Shown: positions 61,301 to 64,000 of the stretch, one piece after another
Layout: the number at the start of each line of letters is the position of its first letter
Position numbering within the stretch: position 1 is the first letter of the stretch
NCBI RefSeq assembly: GCF_032062105.1
Contig: NW_026932065.1
Coordinates: forward strand, 124,001-188,000
Length of the DNA: 64,000 nucleotides
Source: Saccostrea cucullata
Taxonomy: Eukaryota
Reading direction: 5' to 3'
The notes under the pieces: model-generated
The model's database searches: none
Told to the model about the DNA's origin: nothing
What the model saw: the letters and a program-made list of their open reading frames with translations, nothing else
Made by a program: the position numbers and the translations under genes

Positions 61301-62895
61301 TTAGTTGATATTTTTTGTCATTTTCGAAATTGCATTGCATCTCCAAAAGACTTAATTATCATCCATCACGTAATCACATTACCTAGTAATAACCTAATAA
61401 ACATTCACACAAGGCATTGCCTAGAACTTGGAGAATTGTAACGACTAGACAATAAAAAGTGCTTACATGGTTGAAATGCTGTAATGTTTAATTGACGACA
61501 GTTAACAGTTAAGTTCTTAGCGTTTTACTGCCCCACCTGAGAGGCACCTGGAGGGGACTTAGTTTTACACCTGTCTAATCATCGTCAAGACGTATTAATG
61601 GCACGTGGTGACAGAAGTACACCAGAAAGTGAGAGAATTCCTTTTTAGGTTTATTTTATGGGTGTTATTACTGTTATAATTATAGCCTTGATTTGCGATA
61701 TAACATACAGAGAAAAAAATCTCCATTCAGAAAGTATTTTTATGCCCCCCTTCGAAGAAGGGAGGACATATTGCTTTGCTGCTGTCTGTTGGTCCACTTA
61801 GTTTCCATTCATTTTCTTCACAAACGTTGCACATACTAAAATGAAATTTGGTGTACAGATATATCACATGAATATCTAGGTCAATAATTTCTGTTTTGGG
61901 TACGATCACACCATTTTTGACAGAGTTATGCCCCTTGGACTTAGAAAAATTCCAATTATTTGCAGTTTCCATTCATTTTCTTCGCAACCATTGCACATAC
62001 TGAAATGAAATTTGGTATACAGATATATCACATGAATATCTAGATCAAGTTCTGTTTTAAGTATGTTCGCACCATTTTTGACAGAGTTATGCCCCTTAGA
62101 CTTCGAAAAATTCCAATTATTTGCAGTTTCCGTTCATTTTCTTGGCAACCATTGCACATTCTGAAATGAAATTTAATATACAGATTTTTCAAATAAATAT
62201 CTAGGTCAAGATTTGTTTTGGGTACAATCGCACCATTTTTGACAGAGTTATGCCCTTTTGGACTTGTAAAATTTCCAATGTGGGGCTAGGGGGGCATAAG
62301 TGTTTTACAAATTTAACATCCCTTGTTTGAAAATGTGTTTTAATTAATTTTTGAGCCCTTTGTTGAATGTCCAAGATGTTTCTATAATATGCCTAATTAG
62401 GCCAAACAAAATTACATTCATTTTAGACAGTCCAAGGACTTTGTGTAAAAGAATGTGATAAACATATACATGTATTGTAAAAGTCACAAATTAAATCCAC
62501 CCATGTCCTTGGTATGGCAAGATGAGAGTCTTAATAATAAGTGATGGTGGCTATATTTTTTGAAGATATGATGTCAAAAATTATGTACATGTGTATCATG
62601 TGTATCATTTGAATATTATGTAATATCAATATGTTTTCTTTGAATTTTATTTCTGAAACAAATTGAATTTGTACCATCTTTTACAGTTCTCCTACTAGCA
62701 GTGGCTATTTCACTATTTGGAGCAGAGGCTTACCTTAGGAACAAGGCTGAGGTGTTTACAACAAAGAATCGTGAGAATGAGACCATCCTCCTGTTTGGTT
62801 GGAGCTTTTGGGTCGCTGTGGGGTCCACTGCACTGTCACTTATTGCCAGTATACTCTACTTCTGTGTGGGCAGAAATGAGGAGGAATATAATTAA
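55311..62895 (+). CDS. Claudin/PMP22/EMP-superfamily four-TM protein, 206 aa; exons 55311-55578, 59173-59316, 62687-62895
   Basis: GT-AG introns, phases close (268+144+209=621 nt). TM1 followed by TPNW, GLWLNC...C signature, PDWFKAVQGLM before TM2, FGWSFWVAVG in TM4. Confidence 0.9.
56158..56347. repeat. Tiny inverted-repeat element whose right arm is tandemly triplicated (46-bp unit)
   Basis: GAGATTCCTCTGACTATAACCCCTGCTTTTT followed by three copies of TCACAATATAAAAAGCAGGG.TTAGAGTCAGAGGAATCTCGGATTA (56202-56247, 56248-56293, 56302-56347). Confidence 0.85.
57062..57983 (+). mobile_element. HINE/Helentron element carrying 5 tandem ~161-bp satellite-like units
   Basis: Sub-TIR TTATGCCCCC / GGGGGCATAA, GTCN microsatellite; the GTTGCACATATTGAAATGAAATTT anchor recurs at 57161, 57322, 57482, 57643 and 57805; 3' hairpin GTGTTT-TAC-AAACAT. 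Confidence 0.92.
61737..62327 (+). mobile_element. HINE/Helentron element carrying 3 tandem ~161-bp units
   Basis: Same head, unit and tail as 57062-57983. Confidence 0.9.
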
Positions 62896-64000
62896 TTAGG
62901 TCAAAATGATTTGGGATTTGACTTATATTTTACTTACTTAAATTGCCTATGAACACGCATTTAATAAATTAAAGAATTTTTTCAGAATTAGGAACATGTC
63001 ATACTTTCTAAAAAAAATTTATGGTTAACAAGGAAAGAAAAATTTTATGTTTATCAGTTGTATCAGATTTTTGGTCAAAATGTTATACATGTATTAGGGG
63101 TTTTTTTTGGATAGCACAATAGGGTTCTTAAAGAAGTCTAAACTGCATGTGCTTACTATGTAATGGTTATGGAATGACATTGAAAAGTTAGAACATTTAA
63201 GTTTTTCTTTTTGTTTTGTACAATGTTATGAGAAATACTAGCAGCAATACACACATGTGTATATATATTGCAAAAACCAATACAATGAACTTACATTTAT
63301 AACAAACTTGCAATGGTATGTGTACAGTGTATTTTTAATACTGTGAGCATAAGTGACAAAATCATCATTTTGTTTAATTTTTTCTGTGCAATGTAGCTAA
63401 GCAAAGATATATTGGTGCAGATGTACAGCCAGGTGATTCATATGCCTTGTATCATTGTAAGAATCGAAAATCATATCAAACACTATGCATTTAAAATAAA
63501 AGCAGCATTTTTTAGAATCTTTTGTTTCATCTTCCGGCTATTTATATTGTAATTTTCAACTAACTAACTCATTTATTTTTTTTTCTTTACTGCATGAAAT
63601 CAGATCTTTTTTTGAGAACATATCAAACTGTTGTAAAAGTAAGTGCCTTGCTGTTGTGAAAACTAATATGTTGTAAAAATTTGCAAGATATATGACTCGT
63701 TGGCAGGTTGTTAATGTATAATTTGAGATTTTCATGAATTGTATTTATTGTACATACATGTCATCATCCCATATGTGGTTGTGACTCAGACATTTTTTTT
63801 ACTAATATTATAAATTTGACTTGAAACATTTGTTTTTTACATAACATGTAAATTAATTTGAATTTATACTCAGATTCTCTTTAAAATGTGCAACTTTCAG
63901 TCATGCTTTATATGTAAGATCACTCCTAAGGGAAGGGTAATTTTAGAAAGCTAGTTGTTAACATTATGAATGTGCCAAAACTTTGTACAGAAAACTTACA

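Overview
AT-rich eukaryotic (animal) genomic DNA with spliceosomal GT-AG introns. The repeat content (Helentron/HINE elements with ~161-bp satellite-like arrays, Kolobok, Crypton, CR1) resembles a bivalve, probably a Crassostrea/Magallana oyster; this is inference from recalled repeat families. Six protein-coding genes are supported. Three are class A GPCRs with uninterrupted CDSs: an orexin/allatotropin-receptor-like gene on + and two tandem paralogous orphans on -. The others are a 4-exon CCDC59/TAP26 homologue, a 9-exon type I membrane receptor with three unusual 4-Cys Ig domains and a Tyr-motif tail, and a 3-exon claudin/PMP22-superfamily tetraspan; all three were spliced by hand and the phases close. 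The rest is dense with transposon relics. The most striking structure is at 26.56-30.62 kb: three TTAA-specific Kolobok-type elements abut through single shared TTAA sites, two of them forming a ~3.5-kb spacer-less palindrome, and the whole stack is flanked by a 28/29-bp TTAA-to-TTAA duplication. Also notable are an 839-bp whole-length foldback element inside a CCDC59 intron, a decayed Crypton tyrosine-recombinase element, and a patch at 13.3-13.6 kb that looks like an assembly chimera. No rRNA, intact tRNA or CRISPR array was seen. Coordinates were counted by eye and degenerate repeat boundaries are approximate.
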